Positions 38,438 through 52,800 of a DNA stretch of 64,000 nt are shown piece by piece. Within the stretch, counting starts at the first letter, position 1. Each line of letters opens with the position of its first letter. Below the pieces are notes generated by a model that saw only the letters and a list, made by a program, of their open reading frames with translations, made no database searches and was not told the DNA's origin. Position numbers and translations under genes: made by a program. This DNA comes from Geosiphon pyriformis uo1 (Eukaryota; Fungi; Glomeromycota): NCBI GenBank assembly GCA_016748015.1, contig JAAOMT010000046.1:830697-894696 (forward strand). The letters are read 5' to 3'.

Positions 38438-39373
38438 ACTATAAGGCCAAGATGCTGGATATCGCATCCTAGATAAGCACTATGTCGGTTAAATATGATG
38501 GAAAAAGATTTTACGCTAGATCAAGTCATTACATTATTCATACCAAAACAAGCTTGCGTTTAGCCGAGATTGCAGAAGATTTCATCGACTTGAAGTTAGT
38601 CTCAGAATATAAATTTTTGGTTTAGGAAATTATAAACAAAATTTAGAAATCAAACTGTTTTTTGCATCTATGTTTGACGTATAATTATTGTGCTGTTTAT
38701 TAATGGAAATTTCGAAAGTATCTGTCTTAATAACTTTTAATAAAGGACAAATTTTTTATTTTGAAACTAAAATTTGAACCTAATAAGGAGTCTTGTTGAT
38801 TCAAATTCCCCGCTCCAAATACTCCAAAAAGTCCGGTTTTTTGAGTAGGGAAATAATTTTATTATAAAAAGAAATTTGAGACTATTGAAAGGCATCAAAA
38901 AAAATGATAAAAAATATCCTGAACCAAGTGAAAGGTATAATTAAAGTAAAATAAATAAGATCAATCAGAATCTTGAATATCAAGCGGCCGCATAACCCTT
39001 TGAACGATCACATCACTCGTAATCTTATTTGTTCTAATTGTACACATTTTTAGTACAAAGTTGTCTTATTTTCTCCAAATTTTCCTTAAAGGGATGCTTT
39101 TTGATCATGAAAAACGCAAGGAAATTATCCTAAGATCGCCTTCAGACAATCCATAATTTTTCAACCTAAACTTTAAATGGATGGATCATCTTGTTAAATA
39201 AGTTTAGGTGTTGAATAATTAATCAAACAAAAATTTTTGGAAAGGGACGTTAATAAAACCAATTCACAATATTATAAAAATATTTACTCGGTATAATGCG
39301 AGACATCATCTGTACAGGCTTAATTCAGTTAAAAATGAATAAAGATGGTGTAAAGTGGAGGAGAAGGAGGCAC

Positions 39374-40204
39374 CTATTGGGATGATGAAACCTTGTTCAT
39401 ACGTCTTTCTTCATCAATAACCATTTGTTTCCATTGTTGGTAGCCAGCAGGCTCCTTTTGCCTTGTCTCGGTGTTCATTGAAAGGGCCGCTGAAGCAAGT
39501 AAAACGATGATAGTCAAGCCTTGGGAGTACATGCGGGCTTGGACCAACTTCTGAGAAGTTGTCAAGTATCTGAACGAAAGAACCAAAAGGCTCAATTCAA
39601 GGTATCATGAAATCATTTATCAGAAGACTGTGTATATAGGACATACTTGTTCCGCCAGAGCGAAGCAATTGAACCGGCCATTCCTAAAACCCAAGTTCCA
39701 CCGATGATCGACCATCGGTGATCATTCAAAAATTTCTTTGTGGCCTCGATTCTTGACAGTGGTTTGGTCTCAGTATTTTGCTCATGAAACTCACCATACT
39801 TAATTTTCTCAAATCTTAATGAGGCTCTTTCGGCCGTTATGATGAATGAAGCGGTGGTAACTAATAGAGTGAAAAAGAAATTAAAGATGTATTTGAACAA
39901 AAGATTTTTGGTTTACAAAGCACAAGAGGAAAAAGGGACAGGTATTTACTTGAAGATACGAAAAAAGCTTTTAAGGGCAGAGTAAGGTGGCGATAAAATG
40001 GCGAAAATCGTTGACCAACTAACGAAAGACCGAGACCAACACCCAGGCCTATTGCAGAACCCTTTAATCCATGTTTTACAGTGTATTTGTAATGTTCTAT
40101 GATAAAAAATGAGGTAAAAAGGTTGAGTGAGCAGATCTTTGAGTTGGACCAAGTAAAATTTGAGTGAATATACCATCCTCTTCCTCTTTAGTGATTATTT
40201 TCAT
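39374..40204 (-). CDS. RCF2: Respiratory supercomplex factor 2 (HIG1 domain), 4 exons
   Basis: MKIITKEEE; LTLPLKAFFVSS; HRWSIIGGTW; TTSQKLVQARMYSQGLTI. Confidence 0.9.
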
Positions 40205-41700
40205 TTTGTTTTTGCGATTTAATTATTGTGTTCGAGATGAATTCTTGATATTTTGCCAATAAATCGAATGAATTCCTGATATCTATGTAATAGAAATGAT
40301 ATAATCTTTTCACGAAGGGAGAGTTGAATATATGAAACTTGCTACTAGGAATAGAATTTATAATGAAATCAATTAAACGCCCATTGTTTGCTGGAAATTA
40401 TGTTAGAAAAATGATGTGAATAAAGATTTCGATCATGATTAGCCCTTAAATAGCCAAAAGGATTGGTAAACTTTTTTAGAAGAGAATGAGAATGAGAATG
40501 ATTAATAATCTTTTTAAAATTTAGGTTTTCAATTGCATTAAAGTTGTCTTGATGAATAATCAAGTTTTTCTAAAAAAGTGATAAGACGTTTGGGAAAAAT
40601 GTCCGATGAAGCAAGAATTTTCCGAGATTTCCAGGGAAGTGATATAATACGATGATCTAGTTCAGGTTCATTTGCCCTTAATTGAACTCAAAATAGCTTT
40701 TCAATGGAAGCAATTTTAATGGTTTAAAATTCATAAAAGGTCTAGATATTAATTAAATATTGTTCACAATAAATAAAATAATTGAAATAATAAAATTTAA
40801 AATATATTTTAATTAGTTGGTATTATTATTTTTATTTTTATAAGAATTTACTTTTTTAAAAAAAAATAAAAATTAGTAAAAATAAAAATATTTTTTCAAT
40901 AATAATATACAATTTTGTTGTTTTTAATTACAAAATAGCTGTTAATTCCTTGTGTAAATAGTTTAAGTTTGGCTCTTTTGTCATTATGTCCATTTTGTCT
41001 GGTTTTGTTGCTATTGTAGTAACATGCTCCATATAGTAGTTTTAAAAGATAATAAAATAATACATGTACTTTAGAGGCTGAATAACTGGTTTTATTACTT
41101 AAAGCTAGAACCCAAAAACATGTTTCCCATGCAATAGTAGGGAATTACCCGTTCTACATTAATTCAATTCATAGTTCAGTTTCTTTGTAAAACACAAAAT
41201 GATTATAGTTTTGATGTAAAGCAATGAAAAATACCATCATGTTGGGAAAATTTTTCCTTTTGCGAAAGAAATGATCATTGTTAATCTTTTTTAATTTTAT
41301 TAATTGCGCAAGATTTTTTAATATAAATAGATATTAAAACATGATAATTTAAATCAAAAAATCTGCGCTAAATATAAATTTTCAAAAAGTCTTAATTTCG
41401 AAAGATTTATCAAAATCCATTTCCAAAACAAGCCAATTTTTTTTAAATACTGTCACATTTTTCTTTCTTTTTATTATTATTAACCACTATATCATTATAA
41501 AAGATATCATGTTCAGAAAACTGGTAATTTGATTGGATCACCATTTCTATCTTATCTTATATTAATAGAACTTCAAAATCGATACGTTTTTATCCAAAAA
41601 TAGGCTCTTTCACATGTAATATTCAATCAAAAAATTAAAACCTCTTTTTTTTCATGAAAAATATATAAAGGAAAAAAGATAATTATTCAAGTTTTATTTT

Positions 41701-41748
41701 TATTTGTATTTGTATTTGTATTTGTATTTGTATTTGTATTTGTATTTG
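41701..41748. repeat. (TATTTG)8 microsatellite
   Basis: Seen directly. Confidence 0.95.
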
Positions 41749-42533
41749 TGTAAACAATGTGCAATAATATTTTTGAATATCATAAATTTGTTTAAATACA
41801 ATTATTTTTGGCAATTCAAATAAATTTTATAATTATTTTTTTAATCAAAACAATCAAACAAAAAATGCAAAATTTAACTCTATAAATTTGAGACAAATAA
41901 ATAAAGTATCGTGGCAAAATTAATTTGCGTGTGAGAATAAGACACCATTTTCTTCCTTGTACAAACGGCATTTTATACAAATTATTAACTTTGCCACAAT
42001 ACCTCCATTGCCAAAATACCCCCTTTTACCTTTTAATATGAAAACCAAACCAATTTTTTTCTTGTTTGTTAAAAATTCTTTTGTAAAAAGTTGAATAACC
42101 TAAAATCTAAAACTGTGAATACCAAAACAGTGAATCCTTTATGAGGCAGAAAATTTGTTGAGACTGTTATAATTATGCATGATTTGTAGTTTCGAATATA
42201 CTGAATGATTGCTTATATTTTGTCTTATGAAGATAATCACATTGATAGATTTTTACACCCAAGATTAATGATAGCATTTACATCAATTTGAAAAGTAATA
42301 ATAAAAAACCACTAATCCTTCGATACTTTGAAATCTGTATCATTCCCTAATTCCAAAAACCTGGGATATATTTATACAAACAATAAGGAAACAAATATAA
42401 AAAGAAGGCTAAAATTTCTCAAAATAGTTGGTATCTTATTAAATTTAAATTGCCTCGTACTCTCAGTGTTTACTTGAATAGAATGATTGACCAGCCGCTA
42501 ATTTGGCATGGTTTTATATCTTGGTTTTTCTGT

Positions 42534-43647
42534 TTAATATCCTTGAGCTGCGTATTGTTGTTTTTGAGAAATCAGTGAGTTGGTATATTTAGGAGAAGCT
42601 GTCTGCGGTGCTTGATGGGTAGTTGGTGGGTTATTATAATAAGTGTTAGCACCTTGCTGGGAAGCCTGCTGATACTCATAACTGGGATGCTGTTGCTGTT
42701 GAGAAGTTGAAGGGGGACCAGATTGCTGTTGTGCTATAGATGTTATGGGTTGTAGTTGGTGCTGTGAGAGCTGTTGTGAATGTGTAACAGGGGTAGTAAT
42801 GGGAGTATGTATCGACTGCTGAGGCGGTTGTTGCTGGTGATGGGCAAATGGAGGTTCTTGTTTTTGATAGGGCACTTGGGATGAAGGTTCTTGTTTTTGA
42901 TAGGGCACTTGGGATAACATTTGTGAGTGTTGGGGTTGATTATAAGGTTGTGGAGTTTGCGTTAGCTGTTGTGGTTGATTTAAGGACAGTGACCGTTGTA
43001 ACCGAGTTGAAAGTTGTTCAACTGGCTGCTGATATTGCGGTTGTTGAAGCAATGGTTGGTCAATTGCCTGTTGATATTGATGGTTTTGGAGTTGGGTTTG
43101 GTCTAATGACTGCTGAAGTTGCTGTTGATCAGTTGGTTGATGTTGTGGTTGCTGAAATTGCTGTTGATCAGTTGGTTGATGTTGATCAACTGGTTGGTAT
43201 TGTGATTGCTGAAATTGCTGTTGATCAACTGGTTGGTATTGTGATTGTTGACTTTGCTGCTGGTCGCCCGGTTGATATTCCGGCTGTTGGGCTTGTTGAT
43301 TATCAGTTGGCTGATAATGAGCTTGGTTTTGTTGATCGACAACAGGATCGGAATATCCATTGCTAGAGTTGGGAGGTACTTGTGCATAGGGATCAAGATT
43401 CTGTTGTGGATTTTTCGTGAAGGTATTACTATCTGAATTAGGTAAAATGGTTGGTTGATATAATGAAGAATCTGTGGTTGAATACGGATTTTGTGGGGGG
43501 TATTGACTTTGTTGCGAAGCAGAATAGGAAGCCTGCTGTTTTTGAGGAAGTTGTTGATTTTGCTGTGATGAGAGTTCTTGAGGATTAGAATTGGTATAGT
43601 GTTGATGTTGATATCCGGGAACAGCTTGTTGAGTATAAATAGCTGGT

Positions 43648-43682
<35 letters not shown>

Positions 43683-46230
43683 TTGTTGTTGTTGTTGATA
43701 AGTATATTGTTGCTGTTGTGGAAATGGGTCGGGATGCGTAGGTGTATAAGACCGTGCTTGTTGTGAATGAATATATGAGTTTTGCGAGTTCACTGGATCA
43801 GGGTGGGTCTGTGAAGGATATTGCGATGACTGTGGACCATAAATACCAGGTTGAGCACCTGGAGCAACTTCTTGTGGAAGAGGGTTCGAGTACTGATGCG
43901 GATGCTGTTGTGGCTGAATGTTATAATTTGTGTAAGCTCCAGTATTGGGGCTTTGTGAGGAATATAAAGTATTTGGGGCATATTGATGTACATAGGGATC
44001 AACAACATATGAGGTGACCGGTTGATCTATAAAGAGACAATCAATCATGTTTCTATTTATCGATAATGAAAAATAATAAGTAAACAATATTTACAAGATA
44101 CTCCCGAATTAGGTTTATATCTATTGATAGATTCCTCAAGTAATCTGTCATAGGTTGTGCGTGCAGTGTTGAATTTTTCGTTTAATGCAATCAGCTCATC
44201 TGCGATCAATTAAAAAAATAAATAAGACACAAGTTTAAATAGTTTTCAGATTATAATGTGATTTACCTTTTTTTTGACTATATTTTTCAATTAGGTGCAC
44301 TAATCGCGGTCGAATAGCCAAAGTGGAATGATATAAATTCTGCAGTGTTAATTAAAGGAGGGTTAAAATTGAAAATTGCGCGAAGCAATTAGAAAAAGAA
44401 ACCATCATCAGACCTGAATTGCTTCGTTTTCCGAAAAACTATCTCTAGATGGATCAATCGCAGTTAACATATCCAGCAGCCCTTCAACGTTGCGTGCCTC
44501 TGAAAACACCGTAGCTTCTATTTCAGCTTCACGAGCAAGCTCCGCTGGTGTCGGATCAGCTATTTTTTCCTATCAAACTGGAGTTGTTAGATGAAAAGTT
44601 TGATAACGTTGCATCAATTCTAGATTAAATTCAAGTAAATACATGCCACATAGTTTACAGGAAAAATCCCGGTACGCCCGTTTAATTCTCCACGCCACCA
44701 ATCTTTATAGACTGTCTCCAAAACCTTGATCACATCTCCACGGGAAAATCCGAGTTCACCGGGTTCTGTCGGGTTAAAATCGTACAATGATCTTACCCGT
44801 GACATTGGAGGTGCTTGAGGAGGCTCCTTGAGCAATCATTGCAGATATTAAAGATTGGTTTGAAAACGCCAAGTTATAATTGATAGAGAATATGATATAC
44901 TTTTTCAACTGCCACTTGCTGATTAATAGTATTCTGTATCAAAAATTGTGAAAAGGATAATTCAATGGTGGGATCATTCAAGAAAGCATAACCAATCAAT
45001 GAGACAAATAACGATACCTTTTTGGTGACAATGCTCTTTTGCTTGGAAGATGATTGCGAAAGGGAGATTGCAATGGCTAATTGCAGATCATCTTCCTCCT
45101 TCTGTTTCTCAAGTTCAGACTGTTTAGCATAGCCACAATACATCCAAAAAAAACTTTTAGCGAAGATTGATAAAAGTAAATGAAACATAATTTATTTAAT
45201 CTTCAGCGAAGAAATTTAACCTGAGTAGGCTCTTTTTTTGGTTTATCAGGCGGAAGGAATGGAAAACCTAGATGGAAAGTTTTATGTGAACAAGCGAATA
45301 GGGTTCTCGAGCATGAAACAAAGAAAGTTTTATCAGATAAGAGAAATTATTTTACCTCGGGTCCGCAAACTACTGAAAGTTTCTTCCATTAAACTTAATG
45401 CTGGATTGGATCGAAATGAAAAAGTCCATTCTTGGATTAGTTCCATTATTCTATTTTTTACAGTGTCATGGGTATTCTTTTATATTTGAAATTAATTAAG
45501 AAGATTATAAGTGGGTTGTGTAATAAATTCTATGTAAGTATTTAACTTGGCATAAAATATTAAAAAATGATCAATATTCAAATTTACCTTGTCAGACAAA
45601 ATTCGAACGAGGGTCGATGTGAATGCACGACTACAGATTTCTCTATGCACAGGCAATCCACAACTACTTACAAGTGCGTTGGAAAGCTTATAATGAAATA
45701 AAACATCGTTGAATCCATGTATTGGAGAACAGAATTCAATTTTTAAATTTTAAGAACATAAACTTACAGTTAAAGCATAGAGTTGAACGTTTGGATTTCG
45801 ATGATTTAAACGTTTTTGAATAGCAGCAACACAGTCCTTTGAGCTATGGATTAAAAATCAGAAAAACAGACATACTTTAATGATCGGGTTCGAGAAAACC
45901 TTTGATTAACCCTCAAGATAAAAAAAGTGGGAAAATAATGGGGAAATATTATGAAGTGGGTACCTCTGCTCGCCACCTGTCTCAACCTTTTCGCAGACGC
46001 CGCTAATCAAACTCCAGTTCTCGGTAGTGAGAGTTTCGTCAGTTGCCTTTGCTATTCTCAAAGAAGAAATTTATAAGGAAGTAGTGCCCAAAAAAGGGTT
46101 TATTTTTTAAAATTAAACCTTGCTTTGTCTTTTACACTAGAAGTTAAGCAGCATAAACTCACTCAACAAAAAACAAGTAGAAACTATACATACTAACGAC
46201 CTCATCAAAGCTGTTGGCCGCACGCCACAT
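42534..46230 (-). CDS. HSE1: ESCRT-0 subunit Hse1/STAM (VHS-UIM-SH3-GAT plus a long Q/P/Y-rich tail)
   Basis: [15 protein letters not shown]...[17 protein letters not shown]; [15 protein letters not shown]; SH3 VRSLYDF...DWWRG...GIFPVNYV; [21 protein letters not shown]. Confidence 0.93.
43647..43697 (-). repeat. CAA/CAG polyglutamine tract (Q17) in the Hse1 tail
   Basis: Seen directly; 13-aa QQxQQxQYQPxD repeats follow at about 43100-43330. Confidence 0.9.
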
Positions 46231-46899
46231 ACTTTACAGCCTTTTGTTTTTAAGCTTAAGGATTTGAAAATTAAACACTTTTAACCTCTTTAAAACGCTG
46301 AAAAGTTCCAAAGACTTTGATTATATTCTTGCTTTTTAGTGAAGTCAAGAAATTGGGGACATTATATAGTCTTTTTTGCATAGTGATAATGATCTTAATC
46401 TCGTGATTTATAAGATTCCGTAAGTAGAAATTACTTCATTCATTGTAATTAAAATAACAATCTGAAAGCTTTATAGGTCTTAATCAAATGCTTTCATTAT
46501 TCTTAAGCTTTCTCTTTACAATGTTTTAATAACCTTCATGAAATGCAGCATTATTATATGTCAAAATGGATAAATGGTGTTGAATTTATAAAATTGTCCT
46601 AAGTATATTGTTATTTAATTATTAATTGTCATTATAAATTAGCACATTAATTAGTTAAATTAACATAAAGTAATTATTTTGTTTATTATACATCCAATTA
46701 CTTATAATAATGCAAAATTGTCATTTTTTAAAATCAAAAAAATAATTTCAACTTTTATAAAGTATTATAAAGTTAATTTACCTTTTTTTAAAGTTGTTAT
46801 ATTTTTATAATATAACCAAAAAATTTATATTAGTTTATTAAAATAATCAAGAAATCTAAAAAGAAATAAGTTAAAAAAATGCAAATATGAAAATTAAAA

Positions 46900-48350
46900 C
46901 TAATAAATTAACAAATTAGTAAAATTAAATAATTATTAAAGCAATTTAAAATCTTTAAAAATAATTAATATTATTAATTAAAATTAAAAATTATTATAAA
47001 ATTATTTCGAATTTTTATTATTAACTTATTATTTTTTATTATTTATTATTATTTTATATTTTGTATTAATTATTTAATTATATTAAGTTTTTATTTTATT
47101 TATAAATTACAAATATAAATAAATATTATAATTAAATTATATAATAATTTAAAGTTGGTTAAAATATAATTTAAGCAAAATTTAAAAAAATTTATTAATA
47201 TTTTTATTATATTTTAACAAAATAATCTAATTATTAATTATAACATAAAATTTTATAATTTTATAAATAGTTATAATTCACATATTTTTTATATATAATT
47301 AATCATCTAAGTTAAACAAAATTAAACCAAGTTAAAATTATAAAAGTAAACTTATTTATAATAATTATTTTGCATATTAATTACAATTAAAATAATATTA
47401 TTAAAAATTAAATCAGTTATTTATACAGTAGTATTAATTGTATTAAATCTAATATTTGAATTTAAAACATTATTATCTTAATAAAAATTTTATTATTAAC
47501 ATTATTTATTTTATATTTTTTTTTGCTTAAAATATCAATATTTTTTTCAATTTAAAAAAATTTTTTTTTATTTTAATATTTACAGAAAAAAATATTAATT
47601 AATATTGTAATTAAAAAATTAAAGCATTAATAAACTTAATTACAAATTTAATTAATAAAACCAATTTAATTAATTTAAATTTTAAAAAAACCAATTTAAA
47701 ATCAACAATAAAATTACTAATAAAACAATTACTTTAACATAGAATTTAATATTAATAAAACAAATAAAAAAATAAAAAATAAAATTTTATAATTCAAAGC
47801 CAGATAATTTAAATTTTAACAAAAAATTTTTATTAAATATAATATTTTCTTAAAATATATATTAATTTTTAAATTTTACAAAAATCAAAAATAATAATTA
47901 TATATTTTAATTACTTAATAAAATTAAAAATTAAGAAATAAAACAAATCTAATTACAAATCTAAAAAATCAACTTATTAATTTCAAAAATTATATAATTA
48001 AAAAAAAATAACCAATTTAATCTTAAAAATATTATAAAAATCAATAATTTTTTTTTGATTAATTAAAAAAAAATTCTAATATTATTTTTTTATTAGCATA
48101 AATCAGCAAACAAAAACAATATTAATAGTAAAAAAACTTCAAAATAAATAACAGTTTATAATTATAAATCAACAAGTTTTATTTTAATAAAAACAATTTT
48201 ATTAAAAACATTTAAAGCAATTTTAATATTATTAAAAATAATCTTAAAAAAACCATTATAAAAAACAATAATAAAAAAAAATAAAAAATTAACAAATATT
48301 ACAAACAACTTTACAATTTTAAAAATAAATAAATAAAAAATCATTAAACT
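46900..48350 (-). pseudogene. Extremely decayed LINE (ORF1) relic
   Basis: Near-total loss of C/G. Reads NNIKIALNVFNKIVFIKIKLVDL* and IIFEINKLIF*ICN*ICFI, the latter aligning with TAHGLSDLMNSYGKKTCFI in the LINE ORF1 at 63042-63998. Confidence 0.55.
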
Positions 48351-48367
48351 TAATTTGTATAATAGTA

Positions 48368-49085
48368 TTTATTTATTTTTTTTATTAACATTTAATGAGT
48401 AAGATTTAAATGTCACTTAACACAATACATCAAACTAAGTGATCTAAACTAGGCACAAATTATGCATTTTCTACATATGACCAGCCACTTAGACCAATCA
48501 AAGCAATACTACAAATTTATCATAACAGACATCAAACTATTAAAACCAGAAAAAAAACAGCAGGACTTATAAAAACCAAAACAGACACCTATTGCTTCAG
48601 CAATTTCAAGCAATCTAATTATCCCAGCTAAAAGCAGAGATAACAGATAATAAATTACTGAAAAAACAGAACTATTACAATGAATCAAACCATTTTTCTC
48701 CATAAAAACCCTATATTTGGCTCTAACCACCCATATTTTAACATGATAAGCAACACCAAAATCCTGAACAAAGTCAATAATAATTTTTTCTGCAGATTTA
48801 GCATCACCCAAAACAGAAACTGCTTCCAGATACCAATTCCTAAATAAAAAGTCTTTGCTCAAAGCAGTATAAAGCACATTATCAAAAATGCACAAAGAGA
48901 GTACCTGCAAGATTCAAAACAAAGAAAGATCCAAACCAAACACAACATGCCACTTAGCTAGATGGGAAACAAGCAGATTCTTATGGACATCAAAGTTGAA
49001 AGCATACACAAAAGAGTGATTGGAGCTTTCCATCTCTTTACAATAAAGACACAAAACACTTAGATAATTCCTATTATATAAGCAC
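48368..49085 (-). mobile_element. 3' part of the LINE (ORF2 C-terminal zinc finger, 3' UTR, A-rich tail), separated by element B
   Basis: Reading continues across the insertion: LPVTVQK(R)LYNRNYLSVLCLYCKEMESSNHSFVC (CCHC). ORF2 stop at 48509; T-run at about 48368-48383. Confidence 0.85.
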
Positions 49086-49852
49086 TGTTACTCATAAAAA
49101 AAAAACAGATATAGGGAAAATAGTAGACCAATAAGTGAATAGTATTTAGCACGTGAACACATTGCTTAGCAATGTGAGCATTGCTCAAGAAATCATAGCA
49201 CATTGCTTAAGAATGTGAGTGATTTTGTAGAACATCAATTATGTATATATAGTGGTAATATTAAAAGTAGAAAAAGGGACATTGCAGTTTAGATTTTATC
49301 TAAGCAATCTTCTATTCACACATATCAATAAATAATTATTCATTATCTTAATTCACTCTCCACTATTAACACTTCATGTTGATAGTAATTGATACTTAAC
49401 CACACTGGAACAATAGTTCTTGATCATGGCTATTGACAGAATACTAACTTGTAATTGCTTTTATTTCATTTCTGTATCTTCTTTATTTCTTCTTTATTTT
49501 CTTTTGTTGTTTTATTAATTTACTAAAAATTGATTAAAAATTAAGTGCTGAGATACAGACATCATAGTGACTGGTAAAAGACCTGTGAAACAAGAATAAA
49601 ACACTCATAGATTTGAGGATAGCTTACCAGGAGGATTACTGGCCACCACACTGAGAAAAAAATTTGATGAAACTGTGGTTTTGGGAAGCTATGGATAAAA
49701 CCCTCAATTAATTCTCTGTTCATTATACAAAGAACTTCACAATAAAATCTTCAAATAAACCATACCTTCAAATATCAACACCAGAATACCAACCCAGCAC
49801 CAAGTTATAGATCTGTTATTTGATTTAAGACCCCAAATAATCATCTGTAACA
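49086..49852 (+). repeat. 5' LTR of element B
   Basis: TGTTACTCAT...TGTAACA; matches 58150-58937. Confidence 0.93.
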
Positions 49853-49854
49853 TT

Positions 49855-49869
49855 TGGTGCTTCTTATGA
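49855..49869 (+). promoter_or_regulatory. Primer-binding site of element B (TGGTGCTTCTTATGA)
   Basis: 2 nt after the LTR; differs from the element A PBS only by three transitions. Confidence 0.65.
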
Positions 49870-52800
49870 AATATAATCTTACAGAGAACCAGCACTAACA
49901 ACATCATCTAAACAGTAGCAAAATTCAAAGAAATAGGAACAAACCACTTAGAATTTGCAAAATCTTTATTCCAATACTATCATACTTATCTTGGATTAAC
50001 AAATAATAATTGGCCAACAGAATCAGCTTTTAATTGCTATGTCAATGAAAGAATAGTATATCACTTGGGAGGCCAAAGAGATTCAGAATCCACCTTCAAC
50101 AACTTCTTTAGTAAATTGCTCCAAAGCACTACCTTTTTACAAAACTACTTATTTGCACCCCTAATTACAAAAATAAACTGAGAAATTGAAAAATACACCA
50201 AACAGAGATTTTTTATCACTTTTGCCAACAAAAAAAAAGAAAGATTACAAACACCAGCAAGAACACCAAAACAAATCCAATTACCCACTTGGAAGAAACA
50301 AAGATTTGATTCACCTGCTAATCCATCATATCACTACACATCTAAAAGCACTATCAATATAATAAGCACAGCTACAGCAAGCACGATAATGGCACTAAAC
50401 AGAATCCTATTCCAAAGTAAACAAAAAAAAGCGGAGTTATTAGGAACATACAGCAATTACTTCAAAAGATTTAAATTGTGATCCCCAACACCATTAGGAA
50501 TTTGATCACCACCACCACAACCAGATTTCGAAGCCATTAGTCCTTGGGAAATAACTAACTCTGAAGAAAAGGAGAGTAGCAATTAGAAAGTTAACAAGAA
50601 AAACCTGATCCTAGAAAATTTAAAAATTAAAACTCTGGTTAATCAAATTCCAGAAAATCAGAATAATCAAAATCCCGATGTAATTAATCAACACTTACCT
50701 TCAGAAATTGTGATCAATCCACCACCAGCTCTACCAATTACAGAACAGCAACAACAGCCACAACCACTACCCTAACAACAAATCCAGCAGCAACTACAAC
50801 AACAACCAATGGCTTACACTCCAATTACCAAAATCAAGAAATTTACTGGTAAAGAGAACAATGCCCAAGTATGGCTTAACAATGTGGAAAAAGCCATTGC
50901 AACCAATGGATGGAATGACAACAGAGCTCTTCAAGCAATTCTCTATTTTTTACAAGATACCGCCAACTCGTGGTATCAAAGTTTAGTCACCAAACCTTAG
51001 ACATTCCAGGAATTCAAAGTTGTATTTTTGAGATATTTCAGTAATAATAACAATATTAATCACCTAGCCAACACCTTTACCACAATTAAACAAGAAGAAA
51101 CTGAAGCAGTTACCACTTACTTGGGACATTTCCACAAGAATTTGTGCCAAATCCAAGCAATTCAAGCTGACTATTTTACAGCGCCTCAGATTCTAAACCA
51201 GTTCATCCATGGACTGCATAGTAGTCTTCTCCAGCACATACACTCAATGCACTCACAAACTTTCCAAGACGCAGTCACTAATACAAGAGATTTTGAATTG
51301 GCAGAATTCGAAGGAAACCATGTCCAAGCTGTAAATCTAGTGATGAATGGATTATCTGAATTGGATTCCAAATTGAAACAATTCAGTGATTCAATTAATC
51401 AGAAATTGGAAAGATACTTAGCTAACAATTGTGCAATTTATCAACCACCACAATGATATAATAATTCAGAAAACATAAATCATTTCCAAAATCAGTCACA
51501 TCTATCATCATCTCCAAATCAGCCATGACAACAAAAGACGCGTGTTTGCCATAACTGTAGTAAACAAGGCCACATTAGAGCTGACTGCTGATTTTATAAT
51601 AATAATTCATGATTGGAAAATCAATATTAAAACCCCAATCGCCAGTTTTAAGCTCCAAATTATCAATTCAGCTCAGCACTATATTAACCAAACTACCTAC
51701 CTATGACACAACAGTCTATATATCAACCACCAATTTATTAGTCTTTGATGCCTATCATTTATCAACCACAGTCCCAACCCATATATCAGCCACAGCCCCA
51801 AGTAATTTATCAGTCCCACTAAATTTAAATACTGCCACAGAACTTACCTCCAAACAAAACCCAAAGGCCAAGACTAACACAACAAAGCTGGAGATTGTCA
51901 ATCATAGTCTATTAACTGATTCCCAGTTCTTCCACACAATCATTAGGATTTCGACAACAAAATTCAGGTACCGGGTACACCCAAAACCCGAATTTCCAGA
52001 ACTATTTAAGTCTTTTGGTTATCCCAGAAGATGCCCAACCCAATAATCCAGAAACCAATCCACAATTAATGCCTATCAGCAACATTCTACCAGCTACTAT
52101 TACTGAGAACAAATCACTGGATGCCATTTTTCTATTTGAACTCAAAGAATTGTCAACCACCTCATTATTTAGTGAAGCCACTCTGAAAGAAAAACCTATT
52201 ACTGCCATGTACACTAATGCCAAAGTTGATGACCACTTCATCAAATTGATCCTAAATAGTAGATAAGTTGGCAGTATTATTACATGACAACTCATGGACC
52301 AATTAAGTCACCAAGTTGATTACATTGCTAGCGCTCACATAATTATCATTGATGGGACAACCAAAATCTCTATTGGTAAAATTGATGACTTCCCTTTTGA
52401 AATCAATGGCATCATTATTTCTATCAAAGTCTTAGTAATAGAAACAACTCAATATCAGACATTAGTAAGAAATGACTGGTTATCTAAAACCAATGTCATA
52501 CTTGACTGGACAACGCAGGAGCTCCAACTTAGCCAAAATGGTCAACACACATGTGTACCAGCCACATGTGGCCACTTCAAACTGACCAATATGCCAACAC
52601 TACTCATCAAGTTTAAGGAAGAAGAGAAGAAACCTACCTAAGAAGCGTACCAAGTTTCTTGGGCCAACACAGAGCACAACGAGCTGCCACCAGTACCTTT
52701 GTGAGATAACAATGGAAAAAGAAAGCAGCAAAAAAAACTTACCTGGAAAGCTAACCAAGCCTGGGAATCCAATCATGATTCAAAAGAACCAACAACTTGA

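Noticed and set aside
41305-41368. Short inverted repeat GCGCAAGATTTTT / AAAAATCTGCGC
   Set aside because: Too short in AT-rich DNA, with no TSD; may be chance or a MITE scar.
42848-44017. Several overlapping ORFs (V/D/L-rich, N/I-rich)
   Set aside because: Alternative-frame and antisense shadows of the Q-rich Hse1 exon.
51609-52046. 145-aa Ser/Thr-rich ORF overlapping gag
   Set aside because: Alternative frame of the Q/P-rich Gag tail; it stays open only because its codons do not become stops by C-to-T change.
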